A DNA stretch of 64,000 nt. Origin: Glycera tridactyla. Taxonomy: Eukaryota. The notes below the pieces were generated by a model. It ran no database searches and was not told where the DNA came from. It worked only from the letters and a program-made list of their open reading frames with translations. This document shows positions 14,129-29,054 of this stretch, in pieces (the stretch's first letter is position 1; every line of letters starts with the position of its first letter). A program made the translations under genes and the position numbers. The DNA lies in the NCBI GenBank assembly GCA_965644265.1, contig OZ286472.1:51336001-51400000 (forward strand), written 5' to 3'.

Positions 14129-14926
14129 TCACCAGCTGAGTGAGACTGATGTACTGGCATCATATGAGGGTCGAGACCAGACAATAATCAGATGCTGGTA
14201 GACAAGACAGACTGTGGCCTGGCATGATATTCCCCCAATACAAACACGGCTGGACTCAATCTAACATGCATACATCTCTGGTAGAATAACCCATAACAAG
14301 ACAGGCTGCATCCATAGACATCCTGCATATAATCCAACATCTGCACATAACCCACATAGCTAAGAAAATCTGTGCTGCAGAAAAAAAAAACATGAAATAC
14401 AACCAAATCACTATTTTCATTATCAAATAGAGCATCCAGAATATTGATGTTTGAAGAGATTCACAGAAACTTATTTCTGCAGAAAATACATAATTCGCAC
14501 CAAAGGCTTGATGTCATCAAAAATATCACCCCCACTGGGGCCTGCTTTACTGGCACAGATTCAGAGTCAGGTTATGTAAATTCATCAGTCTACCTGCCTG
14601 ATGGGCAGGAACATGGCCATCATTCCAGCAATGATCTCAAGCCGAAGGCTAGGTGAAAGTGTTAGGGAGGGTAGGTGAAAATCGCGCAATGGAAAGGCGT
14701 GATGTAGAGAGCGCACATGTAGCACTGATCCATGATTGTTGACAGGTATTTGATGCAAGTTCACTTTGTCATAAATCATAATGAAAAAAAAAAGAAGCTA
14801 ATTCTGGTATTGCATGGCGCATTTAATCTTCAGATTATCATGATGATGCATGGGTAATCGGGATCCACTTCAAAGAACGTCTCATTTTGCTGATGCACCT
14901 GAATGGATGGAGGTAAGCTCAGACTT

Positions 14927-15090
14927 NNNNNNNNNNNNNNNNNNNNNNNNNNNNNNNNNNNNNNNNNNNNNNNNNNNNNNNNNNNNNNNNNNNNNNNNNN
15001 NNNNNNNNNNNNNNNNNNNNNNNNNNNNNNNNNNNNNNNNNNNNNNNNNNNNNNNNNNNNNNNNNNNNNNNNNNNNNNNNNNNNNNNNNN
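14927..15090. other. Assembly gap (164 N)
   Basis: Run of N. Confidence 1.
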
Positions 15091-16231
15091 AATGATGGCA
15101 AGAAGCTGCCTTCTGAATAAATGATATTTTTCCTCCAATCGAGACAATTATCATTTCGCCGAATCCTCTCTGTTTTTTTTTATAATTTCCAAAATATGTG
15201 ATATTAGATATTCAGCAATATTAATGATTCATTATGAATTTTCTGGATTCCATGTGTATTTCAAAAGTTGTAATAATCCAGAGAGACAGAATTACACCTC
15301 ACCAATTTGTTCCACCAAATCACTCAAACGGCAATTGAAAGGATTAACAACCTCGGCATATTCTGGTTGAACTAAGGCAGAAATGGTTATAATTAGCTCG
15401 TGTGTAAATATGCCAGATGAAAAAGTACTTTGACAAGAACGCAACGAGGCCAACATTGTACATAGAGCCTTATCGGGCACAATATATCACCAGACAATGC
15501 ACAATGGGGTATCGCTAGCAGAGAATAATACATAAAAATATAATTGGAAACTTTCTTCATAGTAATAGCTGCAGAAATCTCCATTACCATGATAAGGACC
15601 AGAGGATTTACAAAGACTGGGTCAACAGGCTTTCAGGGTCAACAGGTATTTACTGAATCACTGGAGCTAGAAACCTTTCTACTCAGATTCCCTCACTGAA
15701 GTGAGACGTCTTTGTTGTGGTTTGTTGTCCCGTCCAGTAACACATGCTATATTAGGACATCACATGTTGGCTGTGGTCATCCCGTGTTTCTGCTGAGCTG
15801 AGACAATATTTCCAAGAATATATATGGCCATATCTTCCAATAACGGCACAAATATATCTCCAAAATGTATCTCAACAATAAATTTCACCTATATTGCAGC
15901 GATTATTCTATCCCGCCATTTGCATACAAAGACAGAAAATTTCACGAATATCAGATTCACCAAAGTCTTTGAGCTTTCAAGCATAGTAGATGCTGGAGTG
16001 TTGAGCCTGTTCGACCCAGTTTCGGAACCTAGGGAACCTAGAAAGCGGCTGGCCCTAAATCTTACTGGCAAAGCAGCAGTACAAACAGCTGGGGGTGTAT
16101 ATAGTACATCATTGTATGTTTTACACAGTTACACAAACAGCATCTGTCCACTGGTATAGCTCTACCCAGATGCAGTGGATGCTCCCAGTAACTGCAAGCT
16201 ACACTCAAGCAGATCTTACAAAAAGAAATTA

Positions 16232-16392
16232 CAGTCAAACCTCCTGTAAAGACCACCTCTCTTTGAAGGCCACCCTGAGCAGCGACCATGGTGGTATTTT
16301 CAACAGTGAATGACCTCTCTATAAAGACCACCTCCTTATAAAGACCACATTTTGATGTGACTGAAGGCGGTCTCTATTGAGAGGTTCGACTG
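16232..16392. mobile_element. MITE, CAGTCGAACC family, TA TSD
   Basis: ta|cagtcaaacctc ... gaggttcgactg|ta. Confidence 0.85.
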
Positions 16393-18260
16393 TATATTCC
16401 TATTTTTGCACAAGGTCCACCACCATGTTGCCGTGAGGTCACATTCGCTATGAGGGTCATTTTTGCTATGAGGTCACATGCCTATTCTACTAAAAGGATA
16501 CGAGGTTTAGCTATATTGATTTTGAGAATGCAAAGCAGGGACCCATCAAATACATCATGTTTGAGGACTTTTGTAATGAAGTAGCTGAGGCTATATCTGT
16601 AGATGTAACACAGAATGTGAAATGACCACTGGAAACTTCGACCTCAGCTCACCAACTACGGGGGACATTACCAAGCTCCCCTCCATTTTTGTTCAGCTGT
16701 GCTCCAGAACGAACATTCCCACATCTCTACCAAGCACATTTTTCCTCCGGTAAGACGTTGGCAACCATTCTCACAGGCGGACCAAGTTCCGCATCCCAAA
16801 ATCCGAGTTTCATTCTCACTTGCATAGCTATCAGCAACCCCTGGCTGCAACAAATGACAACTGAATAACAGGTATTTAGTGTAACACCCACACATCCTAC
16901 AGTACAGCACCCCTTATAATAATCCCCACTCCTCATTTCTGCAGTTTCAATATGAATTTCATGCCAATGAACACATGAGCTGGCTCTCCTTGAGAAATCT
17001 GTGACCAAAATAGGCAGCAGAAAAGGCTTGTTTGTTTAGGAGTACAGAATCACACACTTGCAAAATTTCCACAAACTGAAGCAAAAGAATCCATGCCCCT
17101 TGATTGCATATTTTGCAAACTTCCATACTTTTCAAACACATTTTCTAGGCCAACCGGAAATATTCTAGGTACCTAAAATAATGAATTTGAACGAAATTGA
17201 TGTGAATCAGTTAGATGACAAACAGCAGGGTTAGATGGTGATCAGAGATATGAGTAATCAGGGATGGCCCACGACTAATACAAAACCTGAAAACCAGTTC
17301 TCAAGAATTTTTCCGGCCAAAAACCCACAGCAAGTCTAGGCTAATGGCTTCTATGACTACTTGAAAATTTCATACACTATCTCCACTAATTATGATCCAA
17401 AAGCCGAAATAGTCAGCATAAAATGCTACTTCCTGTCATATGCATATTTCTTTTCACACATAATCAGACAACACGGAAATCTGAGGATCAGCGGAACGAT
17501 CACATCCCTGAATCTAAATACTATACATACTGCCTCTTCTCAAAGATTTTGTTTGTTTAGTGATGATTGATTTGTTTGAAACTTTATATTGTGACTAGGA
17601 ATACAGGGGGAACTTTCTTTGTTAACACTTGGAGGCCCTTGTAATCCTGATCAAATACTTGCTCTCTACTCAAATGTCAAATCATTCTATACTTCTCGAA
17701 GGCCTGGAAATCCCTCAACCAAATTCCAAACTATTTTGCTATATTCCAGGCTGGCTTCAAATGCTGTGATTAATTAAAGAGATGAAAGGCCAGGATTCAA
17801 TACTACATGTCGCATTGCGATTTGCAAACATGCGATAGCCTCAGTTTACATGCGAAGCCAAACCAGTCTATGAAGACCACCCTTGATCACATACAAAGTG
17901 GTCTTTGCAGACAGATGGTCTATGTATGGATTGTATACTACAGAAAGTACCATACTGTGGCCACCCTTGGGGGGGAGGGGCCTTTATAGGCAGGGTACCT
18001 TGATATAGAGGTGATCTCTGAAGGAGGTAATTATGTCAATGTAGTGGTTTAGAGTCTATACATATCCTGGAGATCTGTGTATTGGTGCAGGTCCAGCATT
18101 GAACAGTGTTCAACCTTGTCTATTTTAGTCTCTCCTCTGAGCAGAAGCATGCTCACCATTGTGATCAATCCAGCTCAGTTGAAAACTGAGGTGACTGCAC
18201 CTCAAACCTGCTCCAAAACCCACTACCCTATCAATACCACCTGCCTACAAAACAGTGATA

Positions 18261-18437
18261 CAGTGAATCTGCCAACGAGAAACCCCCTGACGAGAGACCA
18301 CCTCGAATGGGAGACTGCTTTTCAAGGGCAGTTTTCATATTTGACAAAGTCAAATATACCTCCAAAGAGAGACCACCTCTTTTGAGAGATTGCTTTTTGG
18401 AGACATCGAGGGTGGTCTCTCTTCACAGGTTTTACTG
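18261..18437. mobile_element. MITE, CAGTGAAACCTG family, TA TSD
   Basis: ta|cagtgaatctg ... caggttttactg|ta. Confidence 0.75.
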
Positions 18438-18952
18438 TACACACATCAAGAAAATTTCACCTGCTTGGTGGACAGAAGAATTCCACCTGCTCACTAAACA
18501 AACCTGCCCTGAAAGAAATCAGCCTGCCTGTGCCAGTAGGGCAACCCTTAGCATATAGCCCTGCCATCTATCAGCTCTCTACAGAGGCCACCAGCCTAGA
18601 GAAGGTACTTTCCACAAGTGACCTTTTCAGACAAGTTTGAGATTTTACCCAGTTTTCCTGACCTCTCTAAACTGCTGGAGGAGATCCACCACATTTCCTG
18701 CCATGTTATAGTGATGTGATCTACTGTTGACTGTGACAGCATGGGTTATGTCATGACAGGAAGCAATATTCAGCTCTTCTTCCTGCCAGCAGGTCACCAG
18801 GTCAAGCACAAAAAACATCCTGCTGAGTGGTTTCCAACCCATTATTGGGAATTTCCTGAGGTACATAAGGGAAGTAAGTGTATTTGTCACAAATCATCTG
18901 AATGTCAGACATAATTCAAAACTGACTCTAAGCGAGTCCATGCTTTAAAATA

Positions 18953-19643
18953 CAGTCAAACTTGCCTTAACGTGAACCTCCTCTAAGCGGGATCTTGTCC
19001 TAAGCGAACACTTTCAACTCCCCCCGACTATATTTTCACTATAAATCACCTGTTCTAAGCGTGAACCTGCCTTACGCGAATAGCGAATGACGATTTCAAC
19101 TCCCGCTGGACCCGTAAACTTGTATTAAACGTGACCTATCAGTGCAGGTTAGTCGCTATCGTATACATCTTTAATGCTGGAGGTGTGAAAGAACCATCAC
19201 AAATATCTGTCGCATTCACTGATTGGCCAAATTGCCGGAATCGCGGCGAAATCGACCAATCAGCGACCTGCTTTCATAGGGCTCTTGTCGCGAGATGTCA
19301 ACAATGTGCGCAGAAGACGATTTCCGAGCATCTGCGCAGGTTTCGGAACCACGAGGAAGCCGATCTTACAAATGAATTTATCACGTTTGAGGTGTTTTCC
19401 ATGGCGATTAGACGTATATATACGAGTATTTCCTCGATTTCGGTACGGACGGGTTGTTTTTCCACCGGAAAATGGCGGCACTCTCTCGGAAGTTACACTT
19501 GCTGTGTGTTTTCATCACGTTTATGGCGAAATCTTCTAAAAAATCGGTCTCAGGTATCGCCGAAATTGTACTAAGCGGGAACTTGTCCTAAGCGACATGT
19601 TTTGGTTCATCCCGTGGCCTCCCGCTTAGGACAAGTTTGACTG
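18953..19643. mobile_element. 691-bp non-autonomous pogo/Tigger-like element, TA TSD, CpG-rich core
   Basis: ta|cagtcaaacttg ... caagtttgactg|ta; subterminal ctaagcg repeats. Confidence 0.85.
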
Positions 19644-22600
19644 TAATGGTTGCCTTACTGCTTAGGATAAGCTAAAGTGTTGTTTAGGCAGGTGAAATTT
19701 GCCAGGATGGGGACTGCACTGCCCACCCTTCCAATAAGCGAAGGAAGGATATAGGGCAGAGCCAGAACTCATCAAATAAGTGAGATGAGAAGGCATATAA
19801 TCAGAATTGTACAGTGGTCCATGAGACAAGAGACCCGCTGACATGACCCCCTCTGCTCAGCAAGGACAGCTTTCTCATCTTACATGGTCAAACATACTTC
19901 CATAAAAGACCACCACTTTCTGGTGACATTTAGCATGGTCTCTCATCACAGGTTTTAACGTATTTATGTTGTGTTGGGATATGTTGGAGAGCCAGATCTA
20001 GTGAGACATATTGACTGTGGAATTAAAGCAATCTCCAGGACTCTACACCGCAACCAGTGAGTGGATAGCCAACATCTACCAAATTTACACTCTTGCTGCC
20101 ATATTTTGATAGTTATTAGCCATCCACCCCCAACATTTTGAGATTGTGTAAATGACAATGTATTGATTGGCTGCCAACATTTAGCAATGGTTACCAAAGA
20201 TGATCAACTTAGGGGCCCCTGAATATTATGACCAATATAGCGCCCTGCACCTACAAGATCACCAGTGATAAACCTCATCAGGGTTGGGATGGGTGGTTGA
20301 GGGTTAGCCTCATGCCAGGATATAGCCGAGGCACCACCCACATGACCCATGTACACAAATAAACAAACCCGGGAATCTGGTTCAACTTGTGTTCAGACAG
20401 CTATCATTTGAGACACGGCATCCCCGATATCTCACATGATGCTACTAGATCGGCTATCTTCCTCTCATCACAAATGTTACCAGAAGAATCAGCACTACAG
20501 ATCTGTGGCCAGTATTTCTGGTCCTTGTTGAACATATATTGTAGGCTGGATTAGCACCATCTATAATACCTCATGCATGGGTTCAGAGGCCAGAGAACAG
20601 CACCTTCTTTGAAGGCCACCTCCCTATAAAGACCATCTCTCTCTATGAAGGCCACTCTGAGCTGCAACCGTGATAGTATTTCCAACAATAAATGACCTCT
20701 CTATGAAGACCACCTCCATATAAAGGCCACTTTTTGATGCAATCAAAGGTGGTCTCTTCAGATAGGTTTGACTGTACTCATGACAGGTTTAACTGTATTT
20801 CAAGAGTTATCAGGTAACAGTTTAATCTACTCTGAGATGAGTATAGTAATGGCAAAAATTGTGGCAAAGCTGAATACCAAGAGAAGGTGCAGCGGATGGG
20901 AAGCTGTGGTGCAATAATATATGAATTTTCGTCTATGAATATCTGACACATTGGAAATCATTTTTTCAAGTTGGAGTACACTTTGCCTGCCTGACTACTG
21001 TCTACATCCAGACAGTTTTTACCATCACTTCAGTTGCCTCAACACCACTTATAGTATGATTACTGGATCGTTGATGATTGTCAATTACTAGTACTTCCTG
21101 GAGATGCTTCTTGAAGACGCTTCAAAACTGGAACCCATCTCACTACAAGTCTGAGTATACTACGGAAATGGCATGAAAGCTATAATTGCCATAGCAATCT
21201 ATGTCATTTAGTGCAGCTTCATCTTCAGTTCCCTTACACTTCAATGAAAAGCTCCCCAGTCACCTTCAGGGCTCTACAATGCTACTTTGTGTAACCAATG
21301 GCTAACAAATTTAACCTCTGGGTATCATCATTTGAAAGTTAGTAGCCAACAACCCCTGAGATTCTGAGAAGTTGTAATTGACCATGTACATGTATTTACA
21401 GTCTACATTTGGAAATGGCTACCAAAATATCAGCTTGAGGGCCAGCTGGCTCCTAAATATTTTGGCCAACATACACCTTTCTAAAACTGACTGATCCTTT
21501 GGTAAAGCAGCATTTCAAAATTGACATTCTTGCCCTCTCCTTCAGAAGATAATACCTGATCAAGACCACCTCTATCTTTCTGGTTAAGACTATGATTCAG
21601 TTGAGAAGTATCGCTGAAGAGGAGGATGGGCACTCACGAAAGATGGGCCCTCACAGTGAGCATGAGTGGAAACTTCATAAACAACTTTGATGCACTTGTT
21701 AGCAACTTAGCACTCAAATCAATTAAACCAGAAACTGACAATGAATCTGTTGGCACCGCAATCAAGCAAGAGGAATCCACTCAATCTGTGATGATAGGTG
21801 GGAGGGAGAGGAGGATGATGTGGGGGGAGAGAGGGGGGGGGGGCTGTAAACAAGTTGTTGATGGTCTGGAATCCAGCTGGGGTAAGCTGCTCTGGCAAAC
21901 AAGATGCAGCTGGCTAAGAATCTGCTTGCTGAAAAGATCCACAACCAAAGCATCACTTCTAATCAAGAGAGTTGGTGTCTTACTTTCTATAATTTCCTCA
22001 TACTTATGTATACTTCAGTACACCTTTAGCTAGCAGCAGCAAATCAATAGAAAATCAAAATTTCAGATCTTTTTTTTATCCCTCAGCCACAATTTGCATT
22101 TTCAACCCATCAATGTCTCATAGTATAGATCAGTTGGCCCAGTATTTCTTCCTCATCATTTATTGATGAATGGGAGAGGACCCATGATTTTGTGACATGG
22201 TCAATGGTATCTCAAGGACACGTGGGATACAGGGGCTCACTGACCTGTCAGAAGATCTTAAACTCTAAGAATTTCTTTGTTGTGATTACCCCATTGATAC
22301 ATCCAATAATAAAGTCCAATGCCTTGGTGATGTGCCCCAACCAAATAATCACAGGGTTCTGATAATCCCATGAGTGGGTATCGGCTTCTTGGGTAATATT
22401 AGGGCAAGTGACTGCTTTTGCATCTACTGGTGCACCGGGAGTGTGCGATCTGACACCCAGTCAGGTTGATTTTGACCTGAAGTAAGAGTGCTCTGTCCAT
22501 CCCCTAAACAGTACTTATAGCACTAACCCTTCTTATATTGCTGAGGTATGAGCTACCAATTTTAGCTATCAGAAGCCAGTGTCCCCTGTTCCAAGGGAGT

Positions 22601-24007
22601 TGTCCCTGATTTTGAAAGTAGAAGAGACAAATGTCCCCACTCAGTCAAGGGGTAATGGGTGATGCATTGCAGCCAGGGAGCAAGGTGTGAGTGAGTATAA
22701 AGGAAGGACAATATATAGGGTATAGAAACTTCCCACTGTCTAAATGGGTATCCCATTGACACCCCCATGTATCTCCTGGTACCCACATCACAATCATCGC
22801 CACTCCACCAAGTTCCTGACCTCACAAGTTCCTGACCTCATCTGACCTCATGTCATTCAACTGCTTGGCTTGAATCTCACCTTCAGTCTAGAACTGAGTA
22901 CCTTACAATACTCGACATATGTTCAGGTCATACAGGTGGATTCACATCTAAACAGCTCTACAATGAGTGATGAATTCAAGCATGTTCTTGTTATTCAGGA
23001 CAGTTCCAGAAGTGTTGCAGGGATCCACATTTTCCCAACTATCCTGCTACAGATCAAACACATTTTCAGACCATAACCATGTGAATAAGTATAATATACC
23101 CTATTCAAAACAAATGATTAGTGAATCTATTGGGTGGCAATTTATGTCACTCAAACATGCATTGCCAGGGTGATCAAAAACCTTATTGGCACAGTCCAGC
23201 ATAAAATATACAGTTTCAACCATAACATGAGTTTGTATGCCTATATTAGTCACTCATTTTTTTCCACCAGACATATCATCAAGCCGGTTTATATGAGAAT
23301 AGATTGATGGCTCAGCGCAATACTATAGACTGAGTGAAGAGTTAGCCTAGTATTGTGCTGAGCCATCGAGATGATGGCAAGTAAATGTGAAGCTATACTC
23401 ATGTCGCTATGATCAGAAGTGCACAAATAAATTAAGACGAATAAAAAGACGTGGAAAAAGTCAGTAAATGATGCAGTCATGCAGAGCAAAATATGCAATC
23501 ACCTTAAATGAATCGGTACATGATGAAGTGACATCCTCTTGTTCATTTAATGTTACATGTTTAACGTTATGATCGTTTTGCACCTGTCTACTGGGTAGGT
23601 GATACCTTTCTCTACCCGCCCAATGAGATAATTCACATAGCCAATTGTAGAGATTTAAATCTCATATTACTCATGAATCTTGACAAGGGTATCAACTTAC
23701 CACTCTTCAGGAGCAGAGATCGAGACACACCGAGGAATATAACACCCACCTGTAAATCACAGAAGCAGAGATAAGAGGTCAATAATTAATAAATTGAATC
23801 AGGTGTCCTCATAATATTCTCACTGTGGCATCACCATGATTGGGACAGATCTGACCAATCAGTCTGGCCTCTTCTCATCCTGCCATGGTTAGTGATTACC
23901 TGAAAATGTCCATCAGCTGGATGTGCCCTATCACAAATATTCTATTCCTATTTGAACCTTGGAACAGTAGGTCTGATTTTGTGAAGGTTCTTCATTCATT
24001 TGGAGTA

Positions 24008-24183
24008 CGGTCAAACCTGTATTCAGCAACCACACTTGGGACAGTGAAAAGTGGTTGCTTAAGACAGGTGGTTGTCTAATAAAGCTTAATTATAGTGAGA
24101 AATACTCTGGAGGGACTTTCGTAAGTGGTTGCTCAAGGCAGATGGTTGCTTAATACAAGTGCCCTTTATAGCAGGTTCAACTG
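24008..24183. mobile_element. MITE, TA TSD
   Basis: ta|cggtcaaacctg ... caggttcaactg|ta. Confidence 0.7.
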
Positions 24184-25141
24184 TACCTGTAAATCACTTT
24201 TTGAGATGTAAATCACAGGGCCCATTGCACCAACAAGTGAGTGCCCTCAGTGGAGCAAATGCTCTTAATTGTATGTACAATGGCTGTTGGGGAAAACCAT
24301 GGTAATCAAACAGAGTTCTTGTGCCATTTAGAGAGCACCCACACCTTTAGTGAAACATGCTGCTGTACCTGGATGATCAAAACGGGAAGTAATCTAGTCA
24401 GAATTCATATGTACAGTTGGACCTGCCCACAAAGACCACCCTCAGTCATATCAAAAAGTGGCATTTGTAGAGAGGTCATTTATGTACAGTAGAAGATACT
24501 CTCACGGTCTCAGCTCAGGGTGGCCTTCGGTGGCAGGTGGTCTTTGTACAGAGGTGGTCTCTTGAGCAGTTTCGACAACATTTATTACTTGCAAACATTA
24601 GTGTCAATCACCACCTATCAAATAGTTCATACATAATGATACATAGTGATATCAACTGACTGAAATATTCCTGCTAGGACTACTGAAACCTCCAAGTGGC
24701 TGAGGTCTTTGATACTTAAAATGTGTCTTAAGTCTTGGAGAGAACTCCCTGATCATTCACTTGACAATCACGAAGGAGTAGGGCTAAGAGGTGGTGGAGA
24801 TGCAATAAGATAACCACTAGACTCCAGTATGAGCTGGATGGCAGTTTGGAAGAATTGTCTTCCGATTACAATTCATCACCATAGTTGAGAAGGAACCTGC
24901 CAAGTTACCAACTTGGCGCAAACATGAGAGCTGTGGTCAGGCAACTCTCCAAGTAATTCTTCATGGAAACTGTTATCACATTTATATATTTCCTCCTGTC
25001 AGCGTCTGGCGCAAATCACAAGGTCAGACAGTGGCAGTGCTGATGGTGCGTGATGTGGAATAAAGTTTTGCTGCACCCCCCCCCCTCCCTCCCCCCCCCC
25101 CCCCATCATCAGCTGATTGCAGGGCTTCACATTGACTTCTC

Positions 25142-25364
25142 CAGAGTTTCAGATTGCTGGTGGGCCTGGGTCCGTGGCCCATATTTTTGCCTTTTGGACC
25201 CATTGATTTCACCTATTATAAGTTCACTGGCCCAGCTCTTTTTTGTCGCTTTAGATGATTGATAATAGTAGATGGCCCATCATTTTGAGTTATGGCCCAT
25301 GGTACAGTTTTCTAATTCATGGGCCATATGGGCCCACTGATCTGTCTGAAAATCTGAAGCTCTG
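25142..25364. mobile_element. CAGAG-ended MITE with ~6-bp TSD (hAT6-like), copy 1
   Basis: cttctc|cagagtttcagatt ... aatctgaagctctg|cttctt; homologous to 26565-26779. Confidence 0.7.
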
Positions 25365-26564
25365 CTTCTTTCATCAGCTGCCCTTTGGCTAGGTGAATTA
25401 GCAGGGCTCTACACTAAGTTTTCTCTTCAGCTTTTCTTCGGGCAGGTGGAGTGTGATTAGCACCTGCCCTCCCTGTCATTTTCACCTGCCCTCCTGCATA
25501 TAATCACTAGCTAAATGAAGGTTAGGTACCTGCCAATCGGGCAGGCAGACTCATAAAATCACCTGCCTTATCAACAAATCCACCTGCTTGTGCCAGTAGG
25601 GCAACCCTAAGTCTAAAACTCTGTAGAGAGCACCAACTGCCACCATGTAAAAAACAAGCTGCAGCCATCTCTCTTCTGCAGCTGCCTAGATGCAGGTCAA
25701 CCTGTCCACCCGAGGAAACCAACAACAGGTCTCACCTAGAGTTTGGCTACATAGCGATGGCGTGAATCGTGGGTTGTTAGGGCAACAGATTGTCCTCTTC
25801 TGCATCACCTCAATACTACCTGCATACCTGGCATCTCCAACTAAATGACCATCCCCTATCCATCATGCCAAATAACAGAGTCATATCCATCATCCTATGT
25901 AACCCAAAAAAATTGTCAGTGTTCCACCATGCCTCTTATTAGGTGGAGGAACATTGAAAAATGTCACCTGACAATGTTTAGATCTCGCATCGCCCTCATG
26001 AGATGACAAGAGCATGTGAATTATTGACATTGAGGGATATTCCATTGGTGACACTCCATTCCTGTTGTCACAAAGTTGATGGTGGTGGACTATTTTAGAT
26101 GAAACATACATGTGCTCCCAATTTTATTTGTTTTGGTGAAAAAAATGCAAAAGACATTTATGGTCATCTTGATTCAAACAATTCCATGATTAAGTGACCT
26201 TTGGTTTACTCTGTTGAAATAATTTTCACTTACTTTGGAACGATGTTTTGAAACGATCATGACGTTTCGACCACTCTACCAGCAATCTTGGCCATGTGAT
26301 GGATTAGTGGCGTAGCTCGCCGCTCAGGTTTTACTCTATATTCTCCATACTATGGATATAGTGAGAGAGGAGTATGAAAGCATGATAGAAACACAACTGG
26401 GAGTTGCTGCACTTGCTGGTCAGCCAACATGACAGCTCCACTCTGGTGGGAGACACACATCAACAAACCAGTCAGACACATCAAATTGGGGCTGATTGGA
26501 TCTCACAGACAGACGGCCTGACATACCAATTCTGCAAATAATGCTGTACAAGCCTGTATAGACT

Positions 26565-26779
26565 CAGAGCTTCAGATAGCTGATGGGCCCGGCCAATGGC
26601 CCACATTTTTGCCTTTTGGGCCCATTGATATTGCCTATTATGTGTCCACTGGCCCACTTTTTTGGTTCCTTTTAACCATCGATAAATTGTGGATGACCCA
26701 TCATTTCAAGTTATGACCCATGGTATCTCTAATTCATGGGCCATGTGGGCTCTGACCTGTCAGAATATCTGACACTCTG
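26565..26779. mobile_element. CAGAG-ended MITE with exact 6-bp TSD (hAT6-like), copy 2
   Basis: tagact|cagagcttcagata ... tatctgacactctg|tagact. Confidence 0.8.
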
Positions 26780-26786
26780 TAGACTA

Positions 26787-26963
26787 CAGTCAAACCTCTC
26801 TACAAAGACTGCCTTCAGATGCATAAAAAAAAGGCCTTGTAGGAAGTTGGTCTTTATAGAGAGGTTATTCACTATTGAAAATACTAGCACCAACGCAGCT
26901 CAGGGTGGCTTTTATAGGGAGGTGGTCTCTATAGGGAAGTGGTCTTTAGAGAAGATTCGACTG
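26787..26963. mobile_element. MITE, CAGTCGAACC family, TA TSD
   Basis: ta|cagtcaaacctc ... agattcgactg|ta. Confidence 0.8.
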
Positions 26964-27968
26964 TATGTCCAAAGAAAAACACTTCAACCAAAGACCGGTC
27001 TCCGGAACAAGTGGTCTCTTGCCAGAGATCTATCATTAAAAACAACTTGAAATCAGCCAATAGTAATCATTTGCGTTTATTCTGTTAGGAGACCCTGCAT
27101 TGTCATTGTTGATAACCAAACATATAGAGGGGTAAACCTTCAAAATTGAACAAAAAACTTGTAAGGTAAGACTACCAAAAAGACATGCAGAATTTCCAAT
27201 GTGAAATTGAACTTGAATACATGGTATGGAATGCTTTATAGTTACATGTATCTGTAAAATAAATGATCATATATAGGAAACATCTAAATTTCTCAGAGTA
27301 ATGTTATGTGTAAAATGCCAAAATATCAGCACTGCCTGGAAAGACTACGCATTTCTCCTGGATCATAATGGATGGTGTCTCTATTAAATTAGAGAAATTT
27401 TTTTGAGGGAGACAGCGTAAGTGATGTATCAAGATGACCAGAGCAGATGTGTGTACAAGAAGATTGACCTGTCACTTGTGAAAGTGGGTGATGGGTAGTT
27501 CCAGGAAGCTATCTGATCCAGCACTAAGTGGTGTCCCCATATATTTTACCTCTTTTATTTGAGGAAGCAAGCTTCTTCTTGAAATGCCAATACGACATGA
27601 ATCGGTATCAACCAAACAGGGAAGATCTACAGAGACCACCCATGGTCATATAAAATGGTCTTTGTAGACAGATGGCATTTGTAACAAGCTTGTTTATCGT
27701 AGGAACTACTATCATGGTTGCAGCCCAGGGTGGCCTTTGTAGGTAGGTGGATTTGTTAAGATTGGCTCAATGTGACATCTGAGTACAACTGAAGTAGCAG
27801 CCATGTGACATCACATGCACATTCTGTACTGGGATATTCATATGAAATGAGAGATCACAATCACAAGGAGGCGATGATTCAATTTGTGTGGTGCGAACAT
27901 TCTCACATGTAGCTCTGATAAGGGACCACCTCTTTTGAGACTCTTTTTGGTGACATTTACAGCAGTAG

Positions 27969-28496
27969 CAGGGCTCTACGTTGTTACCTGTGGATAGCCA
28001 ATTGCTACCAAATTTACCCTCGTCTACCATATTCTGTATGGTAGGAGCCAGCTGCCTCTAATATTTTGAGAGGTTGAATGGCTACCAAAAAATTCAATTC
28101 AGGAGCAAACTGGCTCCTAAATATTTTGGCCGACGTCCAGGGCTCAACGCTAATGGTTGCCTTACTGGCACAGGCAGGCACATTTGCTGTTAGGGCAGGT
28201 GATTTTATCAATCAACCATTATTTGGGCTATACAGTGAAACCTGTCTTAAGTGAAAAGTCACGGGACCAAATTTTTCTTTCACTCAAGACAGGATTTTGC
28301 TTTGCGCAGGACAATTATAGTGAGAAAAAAACAACCGGGCCGATTGTGGGGTATGTGCTTAAGACAGGATTTTGCCTAGCGCAGGTTTACTCTCGAGCAG
28401 GTTTCACTGTAATTATATGCAGGACGGCAGGTGAGAATGACAAGGAGGGCAGGTGAAAATCCCACTTCACCTGCCCAAAGATAATGTAGAGCCCTG
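27969..28496. mobile_element. Nested cluster: two CAGGGCTC-family elements plus an inserted CAGTGAAACCTG MITE (28233-28409)
   Basis: cagggctctacg at 27969, cagggctcaacg at 28138, gtagagccctg at ~28486-28496; ta|cagtgaaacctg...caggtttcactg|ta inside. Confidence 0.7.
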
Positions 28497-29054
28497 GAGT
28501 CCTGAGTAGAAGTCACAGGATTCACTGTAGTCATCAAAATTCCTCTCAAATTAGAGTAAACAAGATTTGTGGGGCAAGCACTGGGTGACCTTTCTGGCTG
28601 GGTGACAAATGACCATGTGTTGGGGGATAGGGGGGAGGGGAAACATGCTGGCAAACAAGCCAATCAAGTGACCAGCTGTCAATGTTGTCAAGGTAATCAA
28701 GCAGTTTCTCCTATTGTCTGGGCAACTATAAATGTGCCTGGGAAGTGTGCCGACTGACACTGACTAGGCAATGACTCACTAACATCTCCATAACATAGTC
28801 ACTGATGCCATGGGGTCAGCCATCTGCTTGTCCTTCGCCTCAATATTTCGAATTTCTGCTATAGTACTGTCAACCCAAGTTCAGGCTGGGAAAATCTATG
28901 CAGCGAAATATGCAATGAGAGTATATTTGACTATGTTGAATGGGAAAGTGAGCAGTTTCTGAAGAACAGTCTCTCGAAACAGGTGGTCTTATCAGGGGAT
29001 CTAACGAAAAATGGTCTTACAATACACAGAATACAGGTGGTCTCAAAACTGGTA

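Noticed and set aside
14834-14912. Plus-strand 79-nt exon-like segment (YHDDAWVIGIHF...)
   Set aside because: No recognisable homology or partner exons; adjacent to a gap
22881-23046. Exon-like segment with good splice sites as LRCH exon 2
   Set aside because: Stops in all three frames; no LRR pattern
26255-26300. Penelope-type hammerhead ribozyme (ggtcgaaacgtc on the minus strand)
   Set aside because: The CUGANGA core is missing or degenerate
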